Shown here in pieces: positions 37,761-48,579 of a stretch of DNA of 64,000 nucleotides (the first letter of the stretch is position 1; the number at the start of each line of letters is the position of its first letter). The translations under genes were made by a program, and so were the position numbers. The notes under the pieces are model-generated. The model saw only the letters and a program-made list of their open reading frames with translations, ran no database searches and was not told where the DNA came from. The stretch is taken from NCBI GenBank assembly GCA_965223545.1, contig OZ245006.1:2112001-2176000 (forward strand). The letters are read 5' to 3'. The DNA comes from Planctomycetota bacterium (lineage in GTDB: Bacteria; Planctomycetota; UBA1135; UBA2386).

Positions 37761-40700
37761 ATGCCCCAGAACCATTTCCCCGTTCTGGCGACGCTGGCCT
37801 GCCTGCAGCCCGCGCTCGCGCAGAATCCCGCTCCTCGTTTCGAACGCGTCGATCCGCCGTCGGCGGGGATTCACTTCCGCACCGACGTCGCTGCCGACCA
37901 CCCCCTCGCCCGGCTCTACCACGCCGGGTTCTCCGCCGGCGCGGTCGCCATCGGCGACGTCGACGGCGATGGCCGGCCCGACCTGTTCTTCGCCGCCGGC
38001 CCCGAGGACAACGCCCTCTACCGGCAGACCGCTCCGTTCGAGTTCGACGACATCACCGCGCGCTCCGGCGTCGCCGGCGCCGGTCGCTGGAGCGCCGGCG
38101 CCTGTCTGGTGGACATCGACGACGACGGCGATCTCGACCTCTACGTCTGCAACTACGACAGTGAGAACCAGCTGTTCGTCAACGACGGCAGCGGCGTGTT
38201 CGCCGAGCGCGCGGCGGAGTTCGGCGTCGATCTGGTCGACTCCTGCGTCAACGCCACGTTCGGCGACTACGATCGGGACGGCGATCTCGACCTGTACGTC
38301 GTCACCTACCGCTACTACCGGGAAGGCGGCAAGCCTGCCACCGCACCGATCGAGATGGTCGACGGAGTGCCGCACATCGTCGACGACGAGCAGAAGCACT
38401 ATCGCGTCGCCGAGAACCCCAGGCCGCCGGGCTCGGACGAGCACCCCGGCTATCGGCTGCGCACCTACGGCCGCCACGACTACCTGCTGCGCAACGACGG
38501 CGGCCGGTTCACCGACGTCACCGAAGCAGCCGGCGTCCAGCACGAAGGCTTCGGCCTGTCGGCGACGTGGTGGGACTACGACGAGGACGGTTGGCCGGAC
38601 CTGTACGTGTGCAACGACTTCGATGGCCCGGACAAGCTGTTCCGCAACCACGGCGACGGCACCTTCTCCGACGTCCTGGTCGACGTCGTTCCGCACACGA
38701 CCTGGTTCTCGATGGGCTCGGCCGCGGGAGACCTCAACAACGACGGCCACATCGATCTGCTCGCCACCGACATGTCGGCGACGACGCATTTCATGCAGAA
38801 GACCACGATGGGGGCGATGAACGTCGCCAAGCTGAAGTCCGTCGCCGGCCCGCCGCCGCAGTACATGCGCAACACGGTGTACCTCAACACCGGCACCGGC
38901 CGAATGCTGGAAGCCGCCTATCTGCTCGGCTTGGCGGACAGCGACTGGTCGTGGTGCGTCCAGCTGGGTGATCTCGACAACGACGGCTGGACCGACGCGT
39001 TCATCACCAACGGCATGACGCGGAGCTTCAACGACTCCGACTTCGCCTTCCGCGAAGACATGCTGATCGGCCGCACGCACTGGGACGTCTATCGCGACAC
39101 GCCGCCGCGCCGCGAGCAGAACCTGGCGTTCCGCAACACCGGCGACCTCGGTTTCGACGACGCCAGCGCCGAATGGGGACTGGCCCATGTCGGCATCAGC
39201 TTCGGCGCCGCGCAGGGCGACCTCGACGGCGACGGCGATCTCGATCTGGTGGTCGGCAACCTCGACGAGCCGCCGAGCCTCTACCGCAACACCACCGATA
39301 CCGAGAACAAGGACTGGGTCGGGCTGCGGCTGCGGGGCACGCGCAGCAACCGGTTCGGCTTGGGCACGCGCATCGAGATCGAGCACGCCGGAGGCCGGCA
39401 GGTGCGCGTGTTGACGCCGTACATGCTGCACGGCAGCAACCAACCGGTGGTGCACTTCGGACTCGGCAAGGTGGAGGGTCTCGTGCGCGCCCGCTTGTCT
39501 TGGCCGAGCGGCATCGTGCAAGAGCTGGCCGACCTCGGCGTCTGCCAGTTCCACACCGTCGAGGAGGCCGGCGAGCCGGTGGAAGTGGCGCGCGCGGCAG
39601 CGACGCCGTGGCTCGCACCATCGACGGCGTTGGCCGACGTTCGGCACGAAGAAACCGAGTTCGACGATTTCCGCTTGCAGCCGCTGCTGCCCAACCAGCT
39701 CTCGCAGCTGGGCCCGGGGATGGCGTGGGGCGACATCGACGGCGACGGCGACGACGATGTGTACGTCGGCGGCGCCGGCGGACAGGCCGGCCAGCTGCGG
39801 CGCAACCTGGGTGACGGGAAGTTCGAAGCGGTGCGTTGCTTCGAGCTGCGACGCAGCGAGCGCTGCGAAGACATGGGCGCCTTGTTCTTCGACGCCGACA
39901 GCGACGGTGATCAGGACTTGTTCGTCGTCAGCGGCGGCGTCGAGATCCCGCCCGGCCTACCGTTCTTGAGCGACCGCCTCTACATCAACGACGGCACCGG
40001 CAACTTCGCCAGCGCGCCGCGTGGCTCCCTGCCGCGCGCCACCGACAGTGGCAGCGTCGTCTGCGCCGCCGACTTCGACCGCGACGGCGATCTCGACCTG
40101 TTCGTCGGCGGGCGCGTGGTGCGCGGCGAGTACCCGCTCGCCGCCAACAGCCGCTTGCTGCGCAACGACGGCGGCCGCTTCACCGAGGTCGACGGCACGC
40201 CGGAGACCCTGCGGCGCGCCGGGTTGGTGACGTCGGCGCTCTGGTCCGACGTCGACGCCGACGGCTGGTGCGATCTCTTGGTGACGCTGGAGTGGGGCCC
40301 CGTGCGGCTGTTCCGCAACCGCGACGGCACGCTCGCCGACGGCACCAATGAAGCCGGGCTGGCACGACACACCGGCTGGTGGAACGGCATCGCCGGCCGT
40401 GACCTCGACGGTGACGGCGACATCGACTACGTGGTCACCAACAACGGCTACAACACCAAGTACCACGCTTCGAACGAGCATCCAGCGCTGCTCTACTACG
40501 GCGACTTCGAGGGCAACGGGGTCAAGCGACTGGTCGAGGCCGAGTTCGAGCAGGACCACCTATTTCCGGTGCGTGGCCGCAGCTGCTCGACGCATGCGAT
40601 GCCCTCGCTGGGCGAGAAGATCAGCAGCTATCGCGAGTTCGCGCTCGCCAACCTCAGCGAGATCTACACCGAGCAATGTCTCGACGACGCCGTCCGGCTG

Positions 40701-41354
40701 GCGGCGACCACGCTGGCGTCCTCCGTCTTGCGCAACGACGGCGCCGGTCGCTTCACGGTCGAGCCTCTGCCGCGGTTGGCGCAGATCTCGCCCGGGTTCG
40801 GCGTCGTCGTCACCGAGTTGAACGGTGACGTCCACCCCGACGTCGTGTTGGCACAGAACTTCTTCACACCACAGGCCGAGACCGGTCGGTTCGACAGCGG
40901 CCTCGGCCTGGTGCTGCGCGGAACCGAGAGCGGGCTCGCACCGATGTGGCCGGCGGAGAGCGGCCTGTCGGTCCCCGGCGACGCCAAGGCGCTGACCACG
41001 GCCGACCTCGACGGCGATGGCGCCCTGGACCTGGTGATCACTGTCAACGACGGCCCGGTCGTCGCGTTCGCGAGCCGCGCCGGCACAGGCGGCTCGGTGA
41101 CGGTCGACCTGCAGGGCGCCGCCGGCAATCTCGACGCCGCCGGCAGCCGCGTCACTCTGCGGTTGGCAGACGGGCGCACCCAGACCGCCGAGGTCTACGC
41201 CGGCGGTGGCTACTTGTCGCAGTCGTCGAGCACTCTGGCGTTCGGCACCGGCGGCGCCGCGGTGGAGGGCATCGACGTGACGTGGCCCGACGGCAGCCGG
41301 TCGTCGACCGCGGGCGCGGCGGGCGTGCACCACTATCGCATCACGCAGCCCTGA
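37761..41354 (+). CDS. FG-GAP/VCBS repeat protein with two ASPIC/UnbV domains (CRTAC1-like)
   Basis: Signal peptide; many DxDxDGDxDL repeats; VHFGLG and GGGYLSQ...LAFG...WPDG domains. Confidence 0.9.
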   Translation: MPQNHFPVLATLACLQPALAQNPAPRFERVDPPSAGIHFRTDVAADHPLARLYHAGFSAGAVAIGDVDGDGRPDLFFAAGPEDNALYRQTAPFEFDDITARSGVAGAGRWSAGACLVDIDDDGDLDLYVCNYDSENQLFVNDGSGVFAERAAEFGVDLVDSCVNATFGDYDRDGDLDLYVVTYRYYREGGKPATAPIEMVDGVPHIVDDEQKHYRVAENPRPPGSDEHPGYRLRTYGRHDYLLRNDGGRFTDVTEAAGVQHEGFGLSATWWDYDEDGWPDLYVCNDFDGPDKLFRNHGDGTFSDVLVDVVPHTTWFSMGSAAGDLNNDGHIDLLATDMSATTHFMQKTTMGAMNVAKLKSVAGPPPQYMRNTVYLNTGTGRMLEAAYLLGLADSDWSWCVQLGDLDNDGWTDAFITNGMTRSFNDSDFAFREDMLIGRTHWDVYRDTPPRREQNLAFRNTGDLGFDDASAEWGLAHVGISFGAAQGDLDGDGDLDLVVGNLDEPPSLYRNTTDTENKDWVGLRLRGTRSNRFGLGTRIEIEHAGGRQVRVLTPYMLHGSNQPVVHFGLGKVEGLVRARLSWPSGIVQELADLGVCQFHTVEEAGEPVEVARAAATPWLAPSTALADVRHEETEFDDFRLQPLLPNQLSQLGPGMAWGDIDGDGDDDVYVGGAGGQAGQLRRNLGDGKFEAVRCFELRRSERCEDMGALFFDADSDGDQDLFVVSGGVEIPPGLPFLSDRLYINDGTGNFASAPRGSLPRATDSGSVVCAADFDRDGDLDLFVGGRVVRGEYPLAANSRLLRNDGGRFTEVDGTPETLRRAGLVTSALWSDVDADGWCDLLVTLEWGPVRLFRNRDGTLADGTNEAGLARHTGWWNGIAGRDLDGDGDIDYVVTNNGYNTKYHASNEHPALLYYGDFEGNGVKRLVEAEFEQDHLFPVRGRSCSTHAMPSLGEKISSYREFALANLSEIYTEQCLDDAVRLAATTLASSVLRNDGAGRFTVEPLPRLAQISPGFGVVVTELNGDVHPDVVLAQNFFTPQAETGRFDSGLGLVLRGTESGLAPMWPAESGLSVPGDAKALTTADLDGDGALDLVITVNDGPVVAFASRAGTGGSVTVDLQGAAGNLDAAGSRVTLRLADGRTQTAEVYAGGGYLSQSSSTLAFGTGGAAVEGIDVTWPDGSRSSTAGAAGVHHYRITQP

Positions 41355-41366
41355 CGGCCGACGCGC

Positions 41367-42869
41367 TCAATCGACGACTCCCTGCAGGAACCACCGCCGG
41401 CGCCGGCGGTCGTAGTACACCCACAGCACGTCACCGCCGCGGGTCTCGGCAAAGTAGTACTCGCGGTGCTGCTCGCGCCGCCACCAGCCGCCGGAGACGA
41501 CGAACGGTCCCGACAGGCCCTGCACGTCGGGCACCGGCTCGCCACGCCCATGGTCGTCCGCGCTCGCCGGTGCCAGCAGGCGCGGGCGGTCGAGCACCCG
41601 CCGCACCAACCGCGGTGAGATCACTTCTTCCGGCTGCGGAGCGCGCATGCGCTGCAGGGGCTGCCAGGCGAACTTCGCCTCCGGCAAATGTCCGTCGCGC
41701 ACCACGGCGCAGACCACGGCCGCGTCGCCGAGCTCGGCCCGCAGGCGCGCCAGCGCTCGATTGGCCGCCGCCAAATCGCGCCGCCGCGCGGCGGCGAACA
41801 GCTGCCGCTGCACGACGCCCGCCGGCGCGGTCTCGGCCGTCAGCTCGAAGCCCTCGACCTCGGCTTCGAGCTGCACGCTCTCCAGCCGTAGCCGCAACAG
41901 GTCGATGAGCTGCACCTCATCGAGAGTCGGCTCTGCCGGCCGCACCGTTTCGCGGTGCGGCGCGGCGCGTTCCAACCGCAGAGTCAAGTGCAACGCCGCC
42001 ACCGCCTCCCCTCGCCCACTCAAGCCCGCTGCCAGCCGCGCCAGCCGCTGCTTGCAGAGGAACAACAACCCCTGCACATCGAAGCCACTGGCACCTGGCT
42101 CGCACTCCATCTGCTCGCGCAGCGGATCGCGCACCGGCGCGGGCGACAGCGGCGCTCCGCCACCGCACGCCGCGCGGTGCACGCGATCGGCCTCTGCTCC
42201 GAAGCGGGTGCGCAGCGACCCCGCCGGCAACCGACGCAAGCCACCGACATCCTCGACGCCGAGCTGCAGCAACGCATCGCGCAGGCTCGGTTCGATCGCC
42301 GTGCGATGCAGCGGCACGCGGTCGCTGGCCTCGCGCTCGTCGGCCGCGCTACCGCAGACCGTGACGCGCCCCGGCGCACTAGCGCGCGCCAAGGCGTAGG
42401 TCGCGAAGCGATCGAACCCCACCACGGCGGCGGCCCGCAGCTGCAGGTCTGCCAACCGCGACAGTAGCTTCTGCCCCCACCGCGCGAACGCGTTCTCACC
42501 GGAGTCCGACCGACTGCCGTACAGCCGCTCCACGCCGGAAGCGTTCAGCCAGTGGACGCCGGGATCCGCCCCCGGCTCGATCTCCGGCGAGAACGCGCGC
42601 AACGCCCGCAGCAGCTCGGCGGCGGCAGCCTCGATCTCCGCCGCCGGTACCACCCCCGCGCGCAGATCGGCGAGCAGCGACAAGCCTTCGGCGTAGCGCC
42701 GCCCCGGCCAGATCCGCGCGCGGCGCGCGCGTTCGTTGACCCACAGGATCCGGCCCTGCGGCCGGTCCTCGTCGACGACCGCCACCGCGTGCCGCCGCCA
42801 CTCCGGCCGCCGGCGCAGCAAGAGCTGCAACGCCAAGGCCGGGACGTCAACGCAAGCCCAGCGGTCCAC
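41367..42869 (-). CDS. imuB: ImuB, Y-family polymerase-like protein
   Basis: WACVDVPAL, RAFSPEIE, LLQLGV...LRTRFG; C-terminal SGGWW...REYY...LWVYYD...WFLQG. Confidence 0.9.
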   Translation of the reverse strand: MDRWACVDVPALALQLLLRRRPEWRRHAVAVVDEDRPQGRILWVNERARRARIWPGRRYAEGLSLLADLRAGVVPAAEIEAAAAELLRALRAFSPEIEPGADPGVHWLNASGVERLYGSRSDSGENAFARWGQKLLSRLADLQLRAAAVVGFDRFATYALARASAPGRVTVCGSAADEREASDRVPLHRTAIEPSLRDALLQLGVEDVGGLRRLPAGSLRTRFGAEADRVHRAACGGGAPLSPAPVRDPLREQMECEPGASGFDVQGLLFLCKQRLARLAAGLSGRGEAVAALHLTLRLERAAPHRETVRPAEPTLDEVQLIDLLRLRLESVQLEAEVEGFELTAETAPAGVVQRQLFAAARRRDLAAANRALARLRAELGDAAVVCAVVRDGHLPEAKFAWQPLQRMRAPQPEEVISPRLVRRVLDRPRLLAPASADDHGRGEPVPDVQGLSGPFVVSGGWWRREQHREYYFAETRGGDVLWVYYDRRRRRWFLQGVVD

Positions 42870-43506
42870 GCAACACCCGCACGCTTTCCCACGCCATCCC
42901 CCGCCGCTTGTCCTTCTGCGCCTGCACCGACACCGCGAAGCGGCCGGCTGCCAGTCGCACCCGCACCGACCGCACGCGCAGCGAAGCCATCGATCCCCCG
43001 CGCTCGACCGCCGCCCGGCCGGCACCCGCGGTCAGCAACAAGAGCGCGCTGTCGTGCTGCTTGGCCAGGCCGGCCAGCCGCACCTGCGCCGCGAGCGGCA
43101 CCGCGCCTTCGCCGCGCAGACGCGCACCGCGCTGGTCGACGACCGTCAGGCCGAACGCCCCCGAGCGCAGCAGGTGGTCCGCAGACCGCAGCATCGCCGC
43201 CATGCCGTCGGCGCACACGACCGCCAGAGCCTCGAGGTCGACCCCCATGCGCACCACGTCGGGGGGAAAGAAGGTCACCCCTGGCTCCGTCACCCAGGCC
43301 ACCGGCTCACGGCGTTGCTGCGCGTCGCGCACCATCGCCACCGCCGCCGTCGACACGCCCGCCGACGCACCGCCGACCAGCTCGACATAGCGCCCCGCCA
43401 GCTCCGCCAGACACCACGAGGGCGCATCGGACGCCACCGAAGAGGTCGCCCCCCACCACACCCGGCCGGACGCCAGCAGGCCATTCAGCTCCAACGCACT
43501 TGCCAT
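42847..43506 (-). CDS. imuA: ImuA, RecA-like mutasome protein
   Basis: GRYVELVG, FFPPDV..GVDLEAL, LLRSGAFGLTVVD; overlaps the imuB start. Confidence 0.88.
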   Translation of the reverse strand: MASALELNGLLASGRVWWGATSSVASDAPSWCLAELAGRYVELVGGASAGVSTAAVAMVRDAQQRREPVAWVTEPGVTFFPPDVVRMGVDLEALAVVCADGMAAMLRSADHLLRSGAFGLTVVDQRGARLRGEGAVPLAAQVRLAGLAKQHDSALLLLTAGAGRAAVERGGSMASLRVRSVRVRLAAGRFAVSVQAQKDKRRGMAWESVRVLRGPLGLR

Positions 43507-43521
43507 CGGAACCGTTTTAGC

Positions 43522-43533
43522 AGACATTTGTCC
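43522..43533. promoter_or_regulatory. Putative LexA box upstream of imuA
   Basis: AGACA-TT-TGTCC, 15 nt upstream of ATG 43506. Confidence 0.75.
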
Positions 43534-43540
43534 ACCATCA

Positions 43541-43627
43541 GGAGTCGGGCTCGATTTTCTCGCTTCGCCGGCGCGCCGCCGCCTGGCGGCGGCGCGCCGG
43601 CGAAGCGAGAAAATCGAGCCTGACTCC
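43541..43627. repeat. 87-bp near-perfect palindrome (REP/REPIN-like)
   Basis: 43-bp arms (43541-43583, 43585-43627) with one mismatch around a central T. Confidence 0.9.
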
Positions 43628-43642
43628 GTACCGGCCGAGATC

Positions 43643-46600
43643 ATGGCGCCCATGTTCCCAAGGCCCCCCTCGTTACGAGCCTCTCTCTACGGGTTGTCGG
43701 TCGCGTTCGCCGCAGCCGCGCCAACGAGTTCGCAGACCCACACGCTCGACATCGCAGTCCGCACTGGAGCGACGTTCAGCTCGATCGACGCGCAGGTTGC
43801 GGTCAACGATCAGCGCACCATCGCGTTCACCGGCGCGGATGCCAAAGGCAACGGTGTGTTCGCGATGCCCGACCAGGGACAACCAAGAGCCCTCGCGCCA
43901 CAGGCCAGCAGCCGCAACTACTCGGCTGCCGCGATCAACGACACCCTGGTTCCTGAGGTCACCACGCGCGAACGCGCTTCGGGAGCGCCGCCGGTGTACT
44001 TCTTCCGTCGCTGGAGCACTTCCGGGCTGACCGCGACCATCGTCGGGCGTTCGCCCGGAGATTTCGACTCGGCCGTGTCTCGCCTCGACATCAACAACCG
44101 CTCGACGGTCGTTGGAGTCGCACTCGTCGGGGGTCTTTCGTCGACCGCACTCGTCGCCGGATCGGCGTCTCCTCCGACTCGGCTAGCGACCTACTCCGGC
44201 CTGCAGCAGCTGTGGCCGCAGATCTCCGACGACGACGTGGTGGTGGTCACCGATCCGCAGTCGCGGGTCGTCACCTGGCCGTATCCCACGGGGACCGGCG
44301 AAGTCTTTGCCAGCCCAGGGAGCGGCTTCTCCTCGGTCGGAGTGAAGCCCGGCATCAGCGATGACGGGAGCACCGTCGCTTACATCGGCGACAAGGGCGC
44401 GGGCTCGGGGATCTTCATCGGGCTGCGCGGCATGGGAGCCTCCTACCAGTTGCTGGTCGCTGGCGCCGGCACCGAGAACTTCACCGCCATCGACGGCAAC
44501 CACCGCGCAGGAGTCACCGCATCCGGCTCTCTCAGCACGGGCAAGTGGGTCATGCTCGCGTTCCATGGAACGCGCAGCGGCAAGAGCGGGGTGTACTTCG
44601 CACAGCTGCGAGTTCGCGACGTGTCGGGCACGCTGATGGTCGACCGCAAGTCGATCACCGAGATCGCGACGATCAGCACCGCGGTCGGCGGCGCCAACCT
44701 GACCTACGTCGATCTACATCACCCGATCAACGACCGCGGGGACGTCTGCTGTTTCGCCAGCCTCGATGACGGCTCGTCGGCGATCCTGTTGGCCCGCCGC
44801 ACCACGACCGAGATCCGCGACGCCGTGGACTTCGTCGACCCCGCGACGCTGACCGTGTACAGCTCGCCACAGAAGCTCGACGGCGAAGACGGCCAAGAAC
44901 GGATCGGCGTAGCCGCCGATGGCGCTGCACAGCTGTTGTTGCGCGCCACCGTGCCGGGGCCCGGCACGGTGACGTTCAAGTTCGCCGAGCCTAGCGCCAG
45001 CGGGCAAGGCGAGCTGGCTGCGCCCGGCAGTGCGTTCGGCACCGGTGCGGTCACCGCCGCCGCGACGAACGCGAATCCCACCGGCAACTACCGCGGCTAT
45101 TGCCTGTATCGGGGGCCCGCCGACTTCGTCCGGCCGGCGACCAACGACGACGGCGAGGCAACCCGAGCTGTCCCCATCGACGTCGAGTTCCAACCCACGG
45201 CGGGACCGACTACCGGAGACCGCGTCGAGATCGAGCTCTGCCGCCCACCCGTGGTCCTGGCGCACGGGCTGTGGTCCGATGCCGCGACCTGGAAGGGGTC
45301 GTTCGCCGCTCTGCAATCCGGCAGCGAGCCGCGCTTCTTCAGCCATGCAATCGATTACAGCGGCCCACTCGCATCGGCGCCGTTCTCGGCGAACGTGCCG
45401 ACCGTCCGGCTCGGCATTCAGATTGCGCGCAAACTCGCGCACGATGCCGGATTCGCCGCATCCCAGGTCGACTGGGTCGGGCACAGCATGGGCGGTGTGC
45501 TGCCACGCGTCTACTACGAGCGCGCTGCACGCAACGTCGGGGTCGCCTGGAAGAACGCGGCCAACTTCGGCGGCGGTGAGATCCACAAGCTGATCGTGCT
45601 CAACTCGCCGCAGTGGGGCTCACCGTTCGGCAACATGCTGCCCATCGTCACCCAGAATCTCGCGATCAAGGGCTTCGTCCAGGAGTACCTGGAGGGGTAT
45701 GAGGACAATGGAGCCATCGCCAATCTGGCCGAGGGCAGTCCGGCGTATCAATCGATCGGCGCCACTCCGATCCCCACCCACGCACTCGTCGGAGTCGGAG
45801 TGGAGACCCAGATCGCGGGCGCGACGACGACGGTGAATGCTCTGGCCAGGTTTGTGCCACCGCCAACCAGCACGTTTCTGCGGATTGCCGGGCTGTTCGC
45901 GCGCCTGACCAACTCGCTGGTCTACCGCGGCCACCGCCACGACCTGATCGTGCTCGAGAACAGCCAATCCGCGGGCCTCCCCACGAACGCCGTCACGATC
46001 TACAACGGCGGCCTGACCTACCTCCACATGGGCGTCACCAGCAACCAGAGCTACTACGACAAAACCGTCGACCTGTTGCACGCGCCGGTCGCCGGGCCCG
46101 AGTTCGCGCCGCTGCCGGCGCCCAACCTCAATCCCGCGCGTCTGGCGACACCGCCCACCCCCACAGCCACGGCCAACTTGAGCTTCGTGACACCTGCGCT
46201 GGGCGCGACGCTGCAGCCCAACCAATCGGTGACCGTCGAGGTCACACCGACCGGGGGCTTCACCCCGACCTCGGTGGACCTCTTCCTCGGCAGCGACTAC
46301 GCCACCGTGACCTCCCCGCCGTGGCGACACACGTTCACCGTGCCGGCCGAATCGGTGGGCGCGATCGACATCTTGGCGATCGGGGTCGATGCCGGAGGAT
46401 CGCCGGCACTCGCAGGCCCACAGGCGCACGGCATCAACGTCAACGCAACCCTCCAATCAGTGACGGTCGGGCCGCAGGGCACCGCCCTGGTGGAGCCACT
46501 CGAGGAAACCCGGCTCCAAGTCCTCGGCCAGTACTCCGACGGCGTGACGCGCGATCTGACGCGCGCCGCGACCGGCACGACGTACTCGGCCGCGCCAGCC

Positions 46601-47122
46601 GGGATCGTTCGCGTCTCCGCGGATGGACACGTCACCGTGTCCGGCCAAGGCACGGCGACGATCACCGCGTCGAACGCGGGCTTGTCGGGCAACACCGACG
46701 TCGACGTCGCTTTCCCTGCGACGACCGGCTACGGCACGGGAACCGCCGGTGCCGGCGGATTGGTGCCCACCCTCAATGCTCGCGGCGGCCTACCACAACC
46801 CGGCAATCCCGGCTTTCAGCTCGTCTTCGACCGGATCCGCGGCGGCGCACCGGGACAGCTCATCATCGCCGCCCAACCGGCGGACCTGAGCTGGCAGGGT
46901 CTCCGCATCCTGTTCCTACCCATACTGCTGATCAACTTCCCGATGGTCGCGAGCGGGCCGACGGGACAAGCCGGGGCAGGGCAAGTCGTCGTGCCGATCC
47001 CGATCCCCGCACGACCGAGTCTCATCGGCGGCAGCTTCTTCGTGCAGGGCTTCTTCGCCGACGCCGCCGCTGCGCCAGGGCTGTCCCACACGCAAGGACT
47101 CGCCGTCACGATCCAACCCTGA
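43643..47122 (+). CDS. Large secreted multidomain alpha/beta-hydrolase (propeller-like N-terminus, Ig-like domains, C-terminal beta domain)
   Basis: Signal peptide; LAHGLWS, GHSMGG nucleophile elbow, NSPQWGS, HDLIV; GQYSDGVTRDLT Big-2-like motif. Confidence 0.8.
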   Translation: MAPMFPRPPSLRASLYGLSVAFAAAAPTSSQTHTLDIAVRTGATFSSIDAQVAVNDQRTIAFTGADAKGNGVFAMPDQGQPRALAPQASSRNYSAAAINDTLVPEVTTRERASGAPPVYFFRRWSTSGLTATIVGRSPGDFDSAVSRLDINNRSTVVGVALVGGLSSTALVAGSASPPTRLATYSGLQQLWPQISDDDVVVVTDPQSRVVTWPYPTGTGEVFASPGSGFSSVGVKPGISDDGSTVAYIGDKGAGSGIFIGLRGMGASYQLLVAGAGTENFTAIDGNHRAGVTASGSLSTGKWVMLAFHGTRSGKSGVYFAQLRVRDVSGTLMVDRKSITEIATISTAVGGANLTYVDLHHPINDRGDVCCFASLDDGSSAILLARRTTTEIRDAVDFVDPATLTVYSSPQKLDGEDGQERIGVAADGAAQLLLRATVPGPGTVTFKFAEPSASGQGELAAPGSAFGTGAVTAAATNANPTGNYRGYCLYRGPADFVRPATNDDGEATRAVPIDVEFQPTAGPTTGDRVEIELCRPPVVLAHGLWSDAATWKGSFAALQSGSEPRFFSHAIDYSGPLASAPFSANVPTVRLGIQIARKLAHDAGFAASQVDWVGHSMGGVLPRVYYERAARNVGVAWKNAANFGGGEIHKLIVLNSPQWGSPFGNMLPIVTQNLAIKGFVQEYLEGYEDNGAIANLAEGSPAYQSIGATPIPTHALVGVGVETQIAGATTTVNALARFVPPPTSTFLRIAGLFARLTNSLVYRGHRHDLIVLENSQSAGLPTNAVTIYNGGLTYLHMGVTSNQSYYDKTVDLLHAPVAGPEFAPLPAPNLNPARLATPPTPTATANLSFVTPALGATLQPNQSVTVEVTPTGGFTPTSVDLFLGSDYATVTSPPWRHTFTVPAESVGAIDILAIGVDAGGSPALAGPQAHGINVNATLQSVTVGPQGTALVEPLEETRLQVLGQYSDGVTRDLTRAATGTTYSAAPAGIVRVSADGHVTVSGQGTATITASNAGLSGNTDVDVAFPATTGYGTGTAGAGGLVPTLNARGGLPQPGNPGFQLVFDRIRGGAPGQLIIAAQPADLSWQGLRILFLPILLINFPMVASGPTGQAGAGQVVVPIPIPARPSLIGGSFFVQGFFADAAAAPGLSHTQGLAVTIQP

Positions 47123-47176
47123 TGGTACGGAGCCTGGCTCCGTACCTTCGATCCAACCCTGATGGTACGGAGCCTG
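47109..47176 (+). repeat. 40-bp tandem duplication containing a palindrome; second copy interrupted by IS110
   Basis: Unit CGATCCAACCCTGATGGTACGGAGCCTGGCTCCGTACCTT at 47109-47148; second copy 47149-47176 resumes at 48823. Confidence 0.9.
47124..47146. terminator. Hairpin between convergent genes (possible bidirectional terminator or REP; IS110 target)
   Basis: GGTACGGAGC-CTG-GCTCCGTACC, 1 nt after stop 47122; no U-tract. Confidence 0.5.
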
Positions 47177-47185
47177 ACCTGAAAC

Positions 47186-48568
47186 TCACCCAGCCTCGAC
47201 GATCGGTATGAGCTTGTACCCGAGGGATTTAGCGTTCTGTCGGAGTCCGACGATGCGTCGCTGGGTGAAGCGCTCCTCGTAGGCCTTGGCGCCTTCGTCT
47301 ACGTAGTCCTGGCCGAACTTCAGCATGCGGTAGATGAGCAGGGCCAGTTTGCGGGCGATGGCAAAGATGGCGACGTTGCCGTCCTTCGCGCGGGCGATCT
47401 TGCGGAAGTGTGCGCCGAGAGCTGTCTGAGTACGTTGGAGGGACAGGGCGGCCATCCGGAGGACCGTGGCGATCCTGCTGACCGCGATGTTGTTGCGGTG
47501 CTTCTTGATGCGCTTTCCACCCGAGACGGCTTGACGTGGGCACAGGCGTAGCCAGGAGACGAAGTGCTTCTCGGTCGGGAAAGCATCGAGGTCGTAGCCG
47601 ACCTCGGTGAGCACGATCATGGCCGTGCTCGGGCTGATACCGTCGATTCGCGTGAGATCACACCCGACGAGCCGGCAGAGGGCATCGCGAAGCTCCCGGC
47701 CGCCCTTCGTTCGGATGCTCCTCTCCTTGCGGGGGTCTGGATGCTCGGGGACGTCGGCCGTCTTGGCTTCCTCCGGTTGCAGGTCCTCGATCATCGCCAT
47801 CAATCGCTTCTCGACCGACTCGATCTCGTGGTCGGTGTGCTCGAGCATCCGCAAGCCCGAAGCGAGAGTGAAGATGTGCTCCTCGATCCAGGTCCCTTGC
47901 AAGTGATCCGCGAGCTCCTTCTCGGAGATCTTGCAGCGCGGATCACGCAGTCTGGCGAGCGCTCGAGGGTCGCGTTCACCAGCGAGAATCGCGCGGATGA
48001 TCGCGAGGCCGGTCTTGCCGGTGATGTCCGTTACCGCGCGATGGATCGCCACGTTCATCTGATCCAGTGACCGCTGCATCAACTGCGTGTGGCGCGTGCG
48101 CTGCGCGATCAAAGACGCGGCATGGCGTTGCAGGGTCCGCAACGCACAGATGTCCTTCGGAGGCCGGAACGAAGCGCGAATGAGGCCATAGGTGTGTAGC
48201 TTCTGCAGCCAACTGCAATCGCTGGCATCGGACTTGGAGCGGCCCGGCACGTTCTTCACCTCGCGGGCATTCGCGAGGATGACCTCGAAGCCTCTCGACT
48301 CGAGTAGCTCGTAGACGGGAATCCAGTAGACATAGGTGCTCTCCATCGCGACGGATCGCACTCCGAGCTCCTCCAGCCAGTCCGCGAGCGCCTCTAGTTG
48401 GGGCGTCGTCGTTCCGAATCGCTTGATCGGACGACTGCCGTCGGGTGCTGCTGCGCACACCCAGTGCTCGCGGCTGCCGATGTCGATTCCGGCGGCGTTG
48501 GGCTTCACGACTGGTAATACTTCCGCTGCGGGCTTCTTGCCCTTCCTCGTTCTGCCCTTCCGAGCCAT
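47186..48568 (-). CDS. IS110 family transposase/recombinase
   Basis: DEDD RuvC-like motifs AGIDIG, AMEST, KSDASD; C-terminal RIDGIS and SGG; AAGGAGG RBS. Confidence 0.96.
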   Translation of the reverse strand: MARKGRTRKGKKPAAEVLPVVKPNAAGIDIGSREHWVCAAAPDGSRPIKRFGTTTPQLEALADWLEELGVRSVAMESTYVYWIPVYELLESRGFEVILANAREVKNVPGRSKSDASDCSWLQKLHTYGLIRASFRPPKDICALRTLQRHAASLIAQRTRHTQLMQRSLDQMNVAIHRAVTDITGKTGLAIIRAILAGERDPRALARLRDPRCKISEKELADHLQGTWIEEHIFTLASGLRMLEHTDHEIESVEKRLMAMIEDLQPEEAKTADVPEHPDPRKERSIRTKGGRELRDALCRLVGCDLTRIDGISPSTAMIVLTEVGYDLDAFPTEKHFVSWLRLCPRQAVSGGKRIKKHRNNIAVSRIATVLRMAALSLQRTQTALGAHFRKIARAKDGNVAIFAIARKLALLIYRMLKFGQDYVDEGAKAYEERFTQRRIVGLRQNAKSLGYKLIPIVEAG

Positions 48569-48579
48569 ACTTCATCCTC

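Noticed and set aside
47109..47176. Mini CRISPR array
   Set aside because: Only two copies, a true tandem duplication without a unique spacer, and no cas genes
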